Assembly: GCF_006345805.1 (NCBI RefSeq)
Contig: NC_042998.1
Coordinates: 114,142,001 to 114,206,000, forward strand
Direction: 5' to 3'
DNA from: Octopus sinensis
Lineage: Eukaryota
Length of the DNA: 64,000 nucleotides
The notes beneath the pieces are model-generated. The model had not been told where the DNA came from and did no database searches. It worked only from the letters and a program-made list of their open reading frames with translations. Positions within the stretch are counted from its first letter, which is position 1. Each line of letters starts with the position of its first letter. The translations under genes were made by a program, and so were the position numbers. This document shows, piece by piece, positions 12,719-26,900 of the stretch.

Positions 12719-13969
12719 CTGAAAAGTCGAAAATAATAATAACAAGTATCTAAATGTTTAAAATCCTAATTTCTGGACATATTTCTTGTTTTGAGTTATT
12801 TGGTATCATTATTTTATTTTATATAAAGAAAAAAGAAAAGAAAACGAAACAATTGCAATCATTATTTTGGAAACTGCTTCCTCAATAATAAAAATATAAA
12901 AAAATTGGTTTAGAATTTCGAATCAATATTAACCTCTGACATTCACTGGAATGGTGTGGGTTTTTAAAGAGGTCAAATTGAAAAACAGATATTGGATTAG
13001 TTTATTTATCAGCCATATTTCATTCAAATGACAAATGATATTTATTCAAAGTTTGACTTTTTATGAGGTACGCAACACCTTGTTAAGAAAAATAAAGTTT
13101 ACATGATGCTGAATGTCATCTACATGATGAGTTTCACATACCAACCTATGACTAAAAATAGTGTACAAATCTATAGCAATTGCTAGCCAGCTGTTGTCGT
13201 TGTCTAAGGTTTGTATTTTTACATTGACCAAGGAATTATTCTCTCTTAATAGCCAATTGAAATATTCTTTACTCATAGATATTGCTTGCTCTGGTACCAA
13301 TTTTTGAAATTATGTGCACTGACCTATGTGCCGTAGTCCGAGAGGAAAGGCTCTCTGATTGATCATATTCATACAGCTAGCTCACTAACTGAAGCTGGAT
13401 ATTTCCTGAATGACACTGTCTCTTCTGCAGCTAGTGAGCTGATTGATGGTCTGGTTTGGATATTTTCTACTTGATCTACTACATAAAAATAATAATTAGG
13501 TTGTTAGGTTAACTGTGATCTGAATCTTGACCAAAGTGGTTTCTAACACGATCGTTACTATTAGGTGAACAAATTGATGGATTTCGCAACGTAGGAAAGT
13601 TATTGTGTAAAAAGGAATATATTTCATTGAATTTTTCCGTTATTGAATAGCGACTCGAAATAACGTCATGGTAATATTTTTGTGTCACTCAGAAGTAGAA
13701 CCCTACTGCAGTTAATTTGATAAAAAAAGGAGTTTGCTATACATGTATGGCCCCCAAAAGGCACTAAATCTATTAAATGTAAAAATATTTAATAAGAAGA
13801 ATAACATATAAAGCATCTTAAATTATCTTGCTGCAAAAGGGACTAGAAATCAAATGATTAAGATATAAAAGCGAAGATATATAAAGTGTTAGCGATGAAT
13901 AAATAATTCTTAAACGATAATAGTTCAAAATATGGGCGTAAAAGGTGGGGAACAAAGAAAAACATATAT

Positions 13970-14170
13970 TGGTCTCAAATTTTGGCATAAGACCAGTAAT
14001 TTCAGGGGAGGGAATAAATGAATTTTATCGGCCTCAGTGCTTAACTGGTACTTATTTTATCGACCTGGAAAGGATGAATGGCAAAGTCGACCTCGGATGA
14101 TTTTGGAATCGGAATATGACAACGGACGAAATGCCGCTAAGCATTTTGCCCGCTAAGCATTTCGCCGCCA
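13970..14170 (-). mobile_element. SINE family 1
   Basis: Contains CTGGTACTTATTTTATCGACC..AAAGGATGAATGGCAAAGTCGACCTCGG..GGACGAAATGCCGCTAAGCATTTTGCCCG, the reverse complement of the family-1 core and head. Confidence 0.75.
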
Positions 14171-15519
14171 TGAATCTTACAAAAGATTCCAGCTAGCTGC
14201 CTGAAGAAAAACAAATATTAGCAGTAATATATTCCTCTTTGTGAATCTTTTCTAATTTGTTTTTTTTAACAAAGACAAGGGTTAATATCCCAGGATAATA
14301 TTGTATAGAATTTACTATACTATAATCTATAAATGGTATTTATCTGATTATAATCAATGTAAATAACAAGTAAGATGTTCAGATTTGAACTTCTAACGTT
14401 GACTTAACAAAGTCAAATTCTGTAAGACATGTTGTCTATCGTTTGATCATACCATGAACATAGTACCGCCTACTTTATATCATTTGAAACCAACTAAACA
14501 CATACCAAACTATAACTGGAAATGCCCTTAAAAATTTTAAATATTTCTCAGTTTTTCATTCCAGTGATAAATTTGTAACACTATCAGACTGGATTCTTCC
14601 AACTAGATTTAGATTATGTCAAATAATTTTTGATAATCTACAATTAAACTCCAGATCATCAGTAGAGGGAATAAACTGCAAGTGTTCTATGCTACAAATT
14701 AATCAATCTTCTAAATTCTCTTGTGTAACATCATCAAACATCTTCATAATTAACTTTCATTAGTTTATTTTAGGGTCCATTCCTAACATCAAAATTATAT
14801 TTTTATTGAAAGTTTTATATAATCTTTATGAAGCTATTTTTGAATTTATTTGAAGAATTCAGCCAAATTATTTTGAAACAGTATTTCATCGGCATTAATT
14901 TTATTGACGTTCTCAGTGTCAATACACATTATAGCTTAAAATTACATTGAAATAGTGGTGTCTGTCCTTTATCAGAATTCGCGTTGGAATAGCAGCTGTA
15001 TTGATAGATTCATACGCATGTAAGTTAAACTGATTTGTCTATTGTTCTCTACTGTTCTCGGCTTCAGATTATTAGAAAGAAAGGAATACACACACACACG
15101 CGCATACAAAGTTACATACAGTTAATTTTTTTTTCTATTATTACTATTTGGGCTAAGAGCAGTGGACTGACTGAAATATATAAATGGTACCAATCAAGGA
15201 ACGGAGTCGATGGTATCGCCTAATCCTTTCCATTCAAGATTGCTGGCCTTGTGCATAAATTAGAAGTAATCATCGTCTGGTCTAGCTTACTCGGACTTGC
15301 CAGACTCGATCCACAGAGCGTTCAGAAACTCAACAGAGTAATGTATCATATCCATCCGGAGCTAGTCGATGAAAGATGTATTTGATTCTTGTATGCCCGT
15401 ATCAGAGTGTCCATAGGAGTATAAATACTATTGACTTAAAGGATTTCCAGTAATGTAGCGCAAATCGCATACAGTTCTCACTAATGGCTAAATAAAAAAA
15501 AAATTTCAGTCATTAAATT

Positions 15520-16300
15520 GCAAAATGTCATCACGAGTTAAGAGAATGCTCAGTAATTCGGCAAAGGAAATAAAGCTAATTTATAAATCAGAATAAAGCG
15601 TTTCGGTTGCGCAAGATTGTAATTCACGTAAAAAGTAAACAGTTTAGTATATTCACGCAAAAAGTAAACAGTTTAGTATATAAGCAAATCAAAAGGCAAA
15701 TTTATCACATATAAAATTTTAACAGATTAAAAAACATTAAAGTTAGACATGATAAAATCTTAGGAGAAGCCTTAAGTACGGGATATAGGGAAGGAAGATT
15801 AAGCTTCTCAAATGAGTGATGTCAGTAGTTGATATTTGCCCGCGAAATTTATAATACTTAATGAAAAGATAATTGATGGGAGGCTGAATATAAATGAATT
15901 TATTATATATGGTGCTCTTATTTTATTACATGATGAATAAATAGTGACCGAACTTTTATCAATCAAAGCAGGAGAAATAGAAAGCTTGAAATATATTCAT
16001 ATTTTTTATATTTTTAGATGCTAACATCTGGGAAATGACTGAAAATGATATTTGAGAATGACAAGAAATTGATCGGCTTGGCTATCAGATTCTTACTGAA
16101 GATGAAGAAATAGCAGCCAAGACTTTATGGAGTAAGAGAAAAAGAAGGCATTGAGTAACACCAACATACATTAACACAGAATATTAAGGAATAACACAGA
16201 AGTCCTAATTATATATAGGAACATAGTCTGATCCTGAGAATGTTTCTTTTCCATACACATTTTCCATACACTTTTCAGGGAGACGTAATTTTCTTAATTA
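15520..16300 (+). mobile_element. highly decayed DNA-transposon-like relic (pogo/Tigger- or Harbinger-like)
   Basis: Broken frames give MSSRVKRMLS.., RLKNIKVRHDKILGEALS, EIDRLGYQILTEDEEIAA and WSKRKRRH.VTP. There is a 29-nt tandem duplication at about 15622-15680. Class is ambiguous. Confidence 0.25.
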
Positions 16301-16599
16301 TAAATATTTTTCAAAGTTTGACGACTCTCATTTCTATTTAGACTCTGTTTGGATATCACGACCGTCTCCGAGCAAATAAGTAAGAAGAGAGTTTCCACAT
16401 GTTCATGCTTTACAATACGTCGAAACTGAGGACTACTTTTTTATGTACTTTCAGAAGAGAGACAGTAAATTTTCAAAGTTCACACAAAATGCTCACCTAC
16501 AAGTACCAAAAACATACATAATCTGTTTTTTTTTATTTAATTATTTTTTATATTATACATAAATTCCATTTACATTAAAGCATATTTTATATTTAAAGA

Positions 16600-16960
16600 T
16601 AATGGGAACATTGCTACGTTCTCGGTTCAAATTCCGCCGAAGTTGACTTTGCCTTTCATCCTTTCGGAGTCGATGAATTAATTACCAGTGAAACACTGGA
16701 TCAATGTAAACGAATACTCCTCTCACCGAAAATTTCAGCTTTGTGCCTTTAATAGAAAGGCTTACTATTATTATTAAGGCGGTGAGCACGCAGAATCCTT
16801 AGCATTCCGGGCAAAATGCTTAGCGGCGTTTCGTCCGTCCTTATGTTCTGAGTTCACATCACGCTGAGGTCGAATTTTACTTTCATCCTTTCGGGGTCTA
16901 TGAAATCGACTTGCTCCACCCTTCCTAATTTCAGGCTTTATGCCCTTTGTAGAAAAGATT
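16600..16960 (+). mobile_element. two tandem SINE family 1 copies
   Basis: GTTCAAATTCCGCCGAAGTTGACTTTGCCTTTCATCCTTTCGG core at about 16625. A second head GGCGGTGAGCACGCAGAATCCTTAGC starts at about 16788. Confidence 0.75.
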
Positions 16961-17104
16961 ACCCTTGTCAACATATTTTCTGGCACAAGGCTTATCAATG
17001 GTTTGTAGCTAATTTTGGAGTGCTGAATCCAAATATGGCATCAAATTTTGTCTATCACATCAGATTATGGCTCTCATGGATTCTTATCTTCACTGATTAG
17101 AAGT

Positions 17105-17575
17105 GTTATCATGTACATATTTTGTCTTGGTATAAAAGATGGGCTACAGCAAATATTCTGCTTGTCAATCGCTTCACCTTAACCAGATGAGCATGCCCCT
17201 CAGTTGCTGACGATAAGTGCAATCATAGCCATGTGTTGGGAGGAATTCTTTGGGGGTTTGATATTTCGCCTCTGGAAACATGGGTGTTTCATTCAACATC
17301 CTTAAACAAACCCTATTCAGAGAAATTTTGGGCGGGATGGGCTACTAGATCTGAAGAAAATTCTAACTAGGCCCCACCTACAAGGTCATGCGCCGTTTAT
17401 CTTGATATGAGATCACCATGTCGCGCACATATGCTTGTGATGTATGCGCCTTGTGTACCCTTATCAGACGGGTAGTCATGATGGGTACATTAGGTTTCGT
17501 ATATTTTACCTCAGTGTCACTTTGATGGTATGAGTTGCTGTCTCTCACTGAATAATAATAATAATTATCATTATT
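17105..17575. repeat. unclassified interspersed repeat ending in (TAA)n
   Basis: The reverse complement of 17105-17265 is similar to 33345-33490 (CAACACATGG.TATGA..GTCAGC..TGGTTA.GGT.AAGC..TGACAAGCA). Confidence 0.4.
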
Positions 17576-17577
17576 AC

Positions 17578-17800
17578 TACGGCGACGAGCTAGCAGAACC
17601 GTTAGCGCGCTGGACGAAATGCCTAGCAGTATTTCACCCGTTGCTTCGTTCTAAATTCAAATTCCGCCGAGGTTGACTTTGCTTTTCCTTCTTTCGGGGC
17701 CGATAAATTAAGTGTCAGTAAAACATTGGGGTTGATGTAATCGACTAGTCCACTCACCATAAATTTGAGGCCTTGTGCCTCCAGGAGAAAGGATTATTGT
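17578..17800 (+). mobile_element. SINE family 1
   Basis: GGCGACGAGCTAGCAGAACCGTTAGCGCGC head, TTCAAATTCCGCCGAGG B-box region, core and tail. Confidence 0.8.
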
Positions 17801-17879
17801 TCAGTAGTCTTATTTTTTTAACGTGCTTTCACTGTAAAACCGAGCGCATATTATTGTTATAAGCAAAAAAAGAAGAGTG

Positions 17880-17882
17880 ACA

Positions 17883-17966
<84 letters not shown>

Positions 17967-18152
17967 CATTATTATTTATTAAAGCGGCGAGATGGCAGAA
18001 ACTTTATTGCGTCGGGTCGACTTAGCCTTTCATCTTTCGGAGTCGATAAAATAAGTACCAGTTGAAGAATGGATCAATGTCATCGACTAACTCCCATTCC
18101 CGCAAACCTGTTGGCCTTGTGCCTAAATTTGAAATTACTACTACTACTACTA

Positions 18153-18190
<38 letters not shown>

Positions 18191-18345
18191 AGTAGTGGTG
18201 GTAGTAGTAGTAGTTGTTGACGTAACTGCCATAATCGTCATCCTCAACACCAAATGCGATGTTATCATCATCATAATAATCACTATTATCTTCATCGTCA
18301 TCATCGACACTCTTTCCCTCATCATTATCAGTTATCATACCACCG

Positions 18346-18378
<33 letters not shown>

Positions 18379-18410
18379 ATATCACCACCGCCATCCTCAT
18401 CACCGTAGCC
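17880..18410. repeat. (TAT)n, a short SINE-1 copy (about 17981-18135), then (CTA)n/(GTA)n/(CAT)n
   Basis: Directly visible; AAAGCGGCGAGATGGCAGAA..GTCGATAAAATAAGTACCAG. Confidence 0.8.
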
Positions 18411-18949
18411 GATTACACATGAAATTTAATTGCTTGGAATTGAATGAGAGTAATATCACCAGTCAACAATGGTTGAAATATGCGAAGTGAACTAAAACAG
18501 CAGAGACAATCCATGTAACAGTGCGTTCTTGTGTAGCGACGACGGAAGTTAACTCTGAACACCGGTAGTTGTGAGATGGTAACAGATAAATAAACTGCAT
18601 GCTGCTACATAGATTAGAATAGCAAGCATGATCAAAATTGCTCTAACTGAATTTGTCAACAATCAGTGAAGCGTGTTAGCATCAATGATAGTTGGATACA
18701 ATTGACTGATACAAACGATTTGTAACTGTTTTCACAGTCGAGTGATTTCTTGTTTCGTGTCGCCTAACTGATTGGCTTTATTGTTTCATTAACCGTGTTT
18801 CTTAATCTTCCAGGCTTCCGTTCATACTTGTCTTCTCTGAAAACGGCCATTCTAGTCGACTTGTTGCTTGTATTTAGTTCTACACTCTACATGCGATTAC
18901 TAATTAACAAAACATACCGCAAAGAATAAAGACAATAGAAAGAGTACTA

Positions 18950-19051
18950 TATAAACATATTCAAACAAGCAATCACACACACACATACACGCACGCACAT
19001 GTACATATATGTAGGTTTGTATGTATATATATATGTGCATGTATGTATATA

Positions 19052-19089
<38 letters not shown>

Positions 19090-19262
19090 ATGCATGCATC
19101 TTTGTATATGTGTGCGTTTGTGTGCATATATATATATATGTATACGTACATACATATAATGGCATGTATATATGTACGTATATAATATATATATATATAC
19201 ATATACATACATACATATATGCATATTCATACACACACACACATATATACACACATATATAT

Positions 19263-19317
<55 letters not shown>

Positions 19318-19350
19318 ATATATATATATACATGCATACATAAATACATG
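18950..19350. repeat. compound (TA)n/(CA)n/(TG)n microsatellite
   Basis: Directly visible. Confidence 0.9.
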
Positions 19351-20124
19351 CGATGTGACATCGTGATACAATGAGAAATTTTCATGCATAGAGTGCAAAA
19401 AATTAATCGGAGTAAATATAACAAAACAAAAAGAAGCAAAATACACATTATTGTCACTTTGGTTTTGGAAACAATTGCACGAGTTGAACAAAACTTACAT
19501 CGAAATTAAATATTCCGAAGTGTTGTATATGTTGTTTAGATAGAAGATAGAAGTAAATTGAGTGTTCTTATCTTTTTATGAAGCGAGTGCTAATGTTATA
19601 AGCATTTTTACAGAAACGCGCAACACTTGCCTAAAATGCGAACGATTTCTACTTTGCAAAGTTTTTATAATTTTCATTGTTGTGTCTTGTGTTTGTGTTA
19701 TAGATATATCTTTGTTTTTACTCTGCAAATCAAACACTTGTATAAACACTGACACAAGCTTCTTACGTCTGTATAAAGTCATTTATATAATGAGATATTT
19801 AAATATTTCTTCACGCACTTTCTTAAAATACATAGTTCACTAGAGCTGAAAAAATGAGAACTTTACTTTCCAGTCGTGTTGTTTTCGTGTGTATATGATT
19901 TCGTATCACATACTTGGCGAATTTTCGTAACTCATCCCCAACAACTGGAGCAAACAAATAATGGGAAATCCAAAGATTCCAAAGAGTTGTAGAAACGGGT
20001 TTCCTCAAAAAGTTCTCCATTGTACTTTGGTGATTCTGTTTTGGCCGCATTCAATCTATTTCTTCCTGCATTTCATGCATTTCAAAGTAGAATCTTATGT
20101 TACAATAGAATTAATATAATACCT

Positions 20125-20245
<121 letters not shown>

Positions 20246-20980
20246 TCTCTCTCTTTATCTCTCTCTCTCTGCATGCGTGTGCACATTTCGCGTTTTATCA
20301 CTTGTTCCTTCCCAAGTTATGAATCAAATTTTCTCATATCCAACTTTCTATATAAATTTACTAACCTTGTTCAACAAACTCATTTCTACACATTGTCAAT
20401 CAATGCACAACCAAACCGAATTCTCTCACTGAATTCCATCATTAGAAATAATCAGGCTTGAACGCCATAATTATAATCAGATCTCTGTTGTCACATGACA
20501 CTATCTAATACCAATACTTCTTATACAATCAATGTTTATATAAAAATCCACACCATAACCAGCGTCATCAACACTATCATCTCCAAAAAACGACAGGATA
20601 GAAGATATATAGAAGAGAAAGGTAAAAAAAATGGTATATCGTTAACAATAGATGACTATCATTTGGAAGAACATAGATGGAATTTTTGTCATTCTTGGTG
20701 TCATATCATCTTTGTATAAATCACCTATCTGCACAGAACGGCTGCTGTGTTGTGTTAAGAACTATCTTTTGAAAATCAGATAATCGAGCGTATGTTTACA
20801 CATACGACTCCTACTTCTGGTTCTAGTTCTGATGTGCTCTGTGTATGTAGAAATAGTGAATATATATATATGTATATATCTATATATGTATCTCTGTGTG
20901 TGTACAGAGAAGTATTTTTCACATTATTATCGGTATGTATGAAATTATGTATAGGTATATATGTATGTGTATATATGTAC

Positions 20981-21018
<38 letters not shown>

Positions 21019-21324
21019 CTAAACACACACACACATATATATATATCCATGAATATATGTATATATGAACAATGTTTACGTGATTTTAATTATGACTCGA
21101 TGTGTGCATTTTAACATTTAGATATTACGAATTATATCTGATAACTGTTTGTAGGATGCTGTATATTAACAGATATAAACATATGGCTCTCTCTCTCTCT
21201 CATTCTATCGCTCAAACTGTATATATATATATATGCATACATAAATATACATATATGCATATACATAAATGAATAAATATATATACACACATATGTATTG
21301 ATATACACACACAGACACGGCGCG

Positions 21325-21361
<37 letters not shown>

Positions 21362-22947
21362 GTCTAGAATCTTACAGTTAATTGATCGCTTGTCCGTTTC
21401 TAAAAACAAGGGAAAGTATTTGCGAGGTTTCTTTTTGTTTTCGCTAATGAAAGAATACATTTACCTTTATATGTTTATTTGACTAAATTTTCTCTCTTTT
21501 AACTTTCTGTTAATCATAGACTTCTTAACATTTCCATATAACTATTCTAACATCGTTTGATATATTGAATACGAAGTCGGCGTTATATATTACTTTTAAT
21601 TAACTTATTAACTTTACAAAGGAGAATGAAATATATGCAGGTATATAACGAAAGTAGTCCTGTAGGATAAATGCATTAGTTTTTACAGTTCAGAAGTAGT
21701 AAGGGATAAAGGGATGGAAGAATTAGAAATTTACTTGCGGGTGAAAATTTGAGAACTGTTCAAATTTCTCTTTTGCGTCTTCTTGCGAACATATGTACCA
21801 AGATCTAACTGCGGCTATAACGTGACCGTCAATTGTCGGATGAAGACGTTCGGTTCAAGCTATCTTCGAAATATGTTCGACCGACATCAATTAGTGAAAT
21901 ATATGCATTTGCAACCGGTGTTGGTCTTTTCTAGGGATTTACAGTCACTTTTCTGGAATTTTTGAATCAATGTAATATTTCAGTCGAAAGGCATTAAAGA
22001 TAACTTTACTTAATTTTCATTTCCTTTAATTTTTCTTTCGACTCCATATATTTGCATGTAGCTATTTGAGTAGAATTGAATTTCTTTAGTACGAAATATG
22101 CAGATCTCTTTTACATTAAATTGGTATTACTCTACAGAAGGAGAATGAAGTATAAAGAGGGATGCATGTAACGGAAGTATTTCAGCAAGATGAAAGCATA
22201 GGGATGTAGGTAAAAGTTTTACAATCAAAACCGTATGTGATTGTACGGATACAATAACACAGAGCGGTGACATACACGGTTAGTGGTGAAAGCTGTAAGT
22301 CGATGTAATTAGCCTTATAAGGACTTCTGCTGCATGAGGAACTACTCTGATGCAATAAATAGGAATATTCTATATTGCTTTTGTTAGAAATTTCCTTAGA
22401 ATGAAAAATGTCAGTAAAATATATGACGACACAAGTACCGAGGGAATACACGTGATATATAACCAATGAAATTAACGGAAGGTTCGCTCAAAATTTGAAT
22501 TCTTTCGGGTCTAGTAGTTTGGAATCGTCACTGCCCTGACTCGGTTTTTCACGTCACTTCTGGACAAGGAAAACGGCCTAGTCAGTAAAATCTGAAAAAA
22601 CTCTTCTCTACTTGTCATGCAAATGTCTCTGTCTCATAAGAAGCTCCCCATGCCTCGATTGTCTGCTGTTTAACTTCACAAGAATATTATTCTTTCAGAC
22701 TATGACCAAGTTCCAAACATTCCGTCGGGTATTTTTAAACGAATAAAATATAATACTGTTATACATGCATTGGAATAACACATGATATATACTGGTTAGT
22801 GATGGTGACGGATACTGACACACACACGTAAAATATACATGCGTATAATCATGTATATTTTGTGCATACACACACACAAACACACACACACTCTTATATA
22901 TATATGTATGCATGAATGTGTGTGTGTTATATCAATATATATCAGTC

Positions 22948-23029
<82 letters not shown>

Positions 23030-23039
23030 TATATATATC

Positions 23040-23450
23040 TTTTAGCCTTTACTTGTTTGTCAATTGACTGCGGCCATGCTGGACCACGGCTTGACGGATT
23101 TTAGTTCAATAAATCGACCTTAGGACTTATTTTTTTAGGCCTAGTACTACTTATTCTATCGATTGTTTGGCTGAACCGCAAGATTATGGGGCGCAAATAC
23201 AACAAAACCAGCTGCCAAGACACACGCACATAAATGTACACACACACACACACACACACAGACACACACACGCCCGCACACACACATACACACATACATC
23301 TAAACATATGAGTTTCCGTTTACAAAATCCGCTCACAAGGCTTTGGGCAGCATGAAGCTAAAGCAGAAAAGTTTCCCCACGGTACCATGCAGTGGGACTG
23401 AACCTGAAGCCATTTGGTTAGGAAGCAAGATTCGTACCACATCGCCACGC
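23040..23450 (-). mobile_element. tRNA-derived SINE family 2 (internal CA/TA microsatellite)
   Basis: Homologous to 27765-28155 and 36555-36940 (TTGACTGCGGCCATGCTGG, CCGCTCACAAGGCTTTGG, GCAGTGGGACTGAACC). Confidence 0.7.
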
Positions 23451-23452
23451 TT

Positions 23453-23568
<116 letters not shown>

Positions 23569-23584
23569 AAGGCACACACATATA

Positions 23585-24845
23585 CAGACATGCAGGAAGT
23601 AAATAGACACCTTTAATTTTCAAAATCTTTTATTTAATATGCAAAGCAAACAATTGAAATGTAATCGATAGGTAGGACTACATATTTTAGTATCTAGCTG
23701 ACATTCCCTTTGCAGTTTATATTTCAGAAACTCTTTTTGGCATTGAACTGATGAGCTTTGTGACTGTCTCTTGTAGAATTTCTGCCCATTTTTCACGCAA
23801 CAACCGAAACAATTCATCATTAGATTTTTTCGCATAACTCTATCTAGTACGCTCCGAGGATTTTCAGTTGCGTTCATGTCAGGAGATTGACTCGGCCAAG
23901 CAAGCTTTTTGATCCCATATTCAGTCAGCCATTGTTGATTCCTTTCCGCTGTGTGGCATGGAGCCCCATATTCCATGAATAAAAATTCACTTTTCGTTAT
24001 GTTATCGTGTGAATACATCAGAAGTAGTCCTTGCTTAATTATTTCGATGTATGTTTCAGAGTTTATGGTTCCAACACATTCAATCAGCTGAGAACGACTA
24101 TTGCTGGTGACATATTCTCCATACCATTACAGAGATACCGCCATTTTTCATAGTTGGTTGGAGTCGTTTTAAATTAAATTCTTGATTAGGAAGCCTCCAG
24201 ACGCAAACACGTCCACTGTCTGAAAGTAATGCAAAACTGGATTCATCTGAGAAAATCACTCTATCCCAAAATGAAGTGGATTTTTCTCAGATCTCCTTTG
24301 CTCATTTCTTTCTTTTCATGATATTAATTGACTGAAGGAGGATTTTCTTCTAGCTGCTCGTCTATAATACCCAAGCTTATGCAGATATGTAACACACATT
24401 CTTAGACTAACTTTTAGCTGTTTTGCAATGTCAAAAGCCTTGGAACGGGATTCGTTTTCCACAATTCTCTTCAAAAAGCGAAGCTTTCTTTCCGAGGGCC
24501 CAGGTCGGCCGGGATGAGAATCTGTTGATTATTTTCCTTGGCTCTTGAATTGCACTATAATTCTATTAACAGTAGCAAGAGGAATTTGAAGATTTTCAGC
24601 AATTTTTCGCTGGCTAAGACCAGACTCAGATTGCCCAACAATACGATCTCTTTGAACATCTGACAGTTCTGCTGTGTTTTTTTTCTGTGAATGGCATGGT
24701 TACTCTTCGCAAATGTTTAATATAATGGCACCTGGAATGAAAAAGAATAATTACATTGTAAATTCTACATCGCTGAAAACATATTAAGACGCTTAGATCA
24801 GCAGTTTTGAAAATTAAAGGTGTCTATTTACTTCCTGCATGTCTG
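23585..24845 (-). mobile_element. full-length Tc1-family DNA transposon (1261 bp), inactive
   Basis: Perfect 41-bp TIRs CAGACATGCAGGAAGTAAATAGACACCTTTAATTTTCAAAA at 23585-23625 and 24805-24845. TA target duplication on both sides. Confidence 0.95.
23687..24697 (-). pseudogene. Tc1-type DDE transposase pseudogene
   Basis: [15 protein letters not shown] (paired-like HTH), [30 protein letters not shown] (second catalytic D replaced), WPSQSPDMNATEN, SMPKRV..AKG. Several stops and frameshifts. Confidence 0.9.
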
Positions 24846-25239
24846 TATATATTCAGTATACGGAATTAAAACTATATATTCCAGCTATGTTGAGTTTTGT
24901 TTGTTTCATGTCCTCGATAAAAATTTGTTCGATAAAAAGTGATTCAGTTCTATTTTTCATCTCTCTCTCTCATTTTCTCTCTCTCATTCTCTCTCTGTCT
25001 CTCTCTCTCTCTAGATTTCCAAATCTCATGACATATGTATCAGAAGACCTACTTTAAACTAATTTGAACATCATGATCTCTACCCCTGAAAAATTGTCTT
25101 CTATGAGTATGTAAAAAATTAAAAAAAGAATGGGGTATACGTAATGGATGAGGCGCGAGACGACACTTCACCCGAACAAAATATTATCATTTTCGTTTTG
25201 TATGCAAGTATATATTTCCTTAATCAATGAAATACTTAC

Positions 25240-25298
25240 GTTGAAGTTACATTTTTCTTTATTGTTATCAAAAACATTTATCTCTCTATCAGTTCGCT
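25240..25298 (-). CDS. weak candidate internal exon (59 nt)
   Basis: Acceptor attactgtattacAG, donor AAC|GTAAGTA. Only one frame is open (phase 1 to 0): xRTDREINVFDNNKEKCNFN. Confidence 0.2.
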
Positions 25299-25727
25299 CT
25301 GTAATACAGTAATACAAATAATTAAATAATAATGAAAGAATCTTTATGATGGCGAAACCATAGAATATATATAACATAAGAAAGAAAAATTTTGAACACA
25401 ATCGAGAATACAGCAATGCATACACAATTACTATTTCTGTTTTCCCATACATGTCTATGGTTTCCTGTAGACATACACATATACGTACACCGGGCACACT
25501 CACAAACGCACAAAAATAAATCACATACACATGCATGCGCGCAATCGAGAATGTTTGTCTTATATCTTTCTCAGTCTGACTTTTCTCGATATTGTTTTTG
25601 TATTGTTTTAGAATACTCTGCTTAAGTATGTATGTATGCTTGTGTGTGTATACATGTATATATATATTATATATATATATTATATATATATATATATATA
25701 TATGTATACACACACAAGCATGCATAC

Positions 25728-25769
<42 letters not shown>

Positions 25770-25782
25770 ATATATATATTTG

Positions 25783-25824
<42 letters not shown>

Positions 25825-25919
25825 TACATATATATATTTATGGCGTTGGTGGATTGAGTGTGTGAATATAAAGAATTTCAGGTGAAATATCAATGGAAGT
25901 AAGAGAGACTAAAATGCCA

Positions 25920-26375
25920 AAGATGATGATGATGATAATAATAGTGATTAAAAATATAATAATAATGATGATGATAATGATAATAATAATCATATTAATA
26001 ATAATAATAATGATGACGATGATAATGATAATAATGATAATAATGATAATAATAATAATAACAACAATAATAATAATGATGATGATGATGATAATGATGA
26101 TAATAAAAATAAGAAGAAGAAAAAGAAGTGGAGGACGAGGTGGAAGTAGAAGAGGAATAAGAAGTGGAGGAGAAGGAGTTGGAGGAAGAAGAAGAGGAGG
26201 AGGAAAATGAAGAAGAAGAAGGGGAGGAGAAAAATGAAGAAGAAGAAGGGGAAGAAGAAGAAGAAGAAGAAGACGAAGAAGAAGAAGAAGAAGAAGAAGA
26301 AGAAGAAGAAGAAGAAGAAGAAGAAGAAGAAGAAGAAGAAGAAGAAGAAGAAGAAGAAGAAGAAGAAGAAGAGGA
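25920..26375. repeat. (ATG/ATA)n followed by a long (GAA)n microsatellite
   Basis: Directly visible. Confidence 0.95.
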
Positions 26376-26858
26376 GGGGAAGAATGTTCTTCACTCAGTG
26401 CATGCTCTTGTTGTAAAGATCATTTAGCAAACGTTAATTGTTCGCATCTAGCTAGCATATATATTACATGCCACCAGTAAATACCAGATCACTTACTATT
26501 AAATGAGTGATATTTTAAAAACTATATCTTCTACTCGGCTTTCGCTTTCCGTTGCAATGGAACTATGTAAAAATTCAAAGTTCATATCACGTTATAGAGT
26601 TGTGAAATGAGAAATGTAGTCGCCGAGAGAAGATAAAAAGAGAGCGAGAGTGAGAAAGAGAGAGAAAGAGAGAAAGAGAGTGTGGGGTGAGGGAGAATTA
26701 TGATATGGAAAGAAAGAAGCTATACTTCAAATGAAAGATCAATATGAATGGGGAAGGCATGTAAATATATAATAGATAGATGGACATACAGACATATATA
26801 TACATTTGCATACATACATTTATCTACATACATATATCACAGATGTACACTTACATAC

Positions 26859-26900
<42 letters not shown>

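Noticed and set aside
14560-14900. Possible hAT transposase C-terminal relic
   Set aside because: The similarity is too vague and riddled with stops.
26164-26427. Poly-glutamate ORF
   Set aside because: It is a (GAA)n microsatellite with no flanking coding signal.
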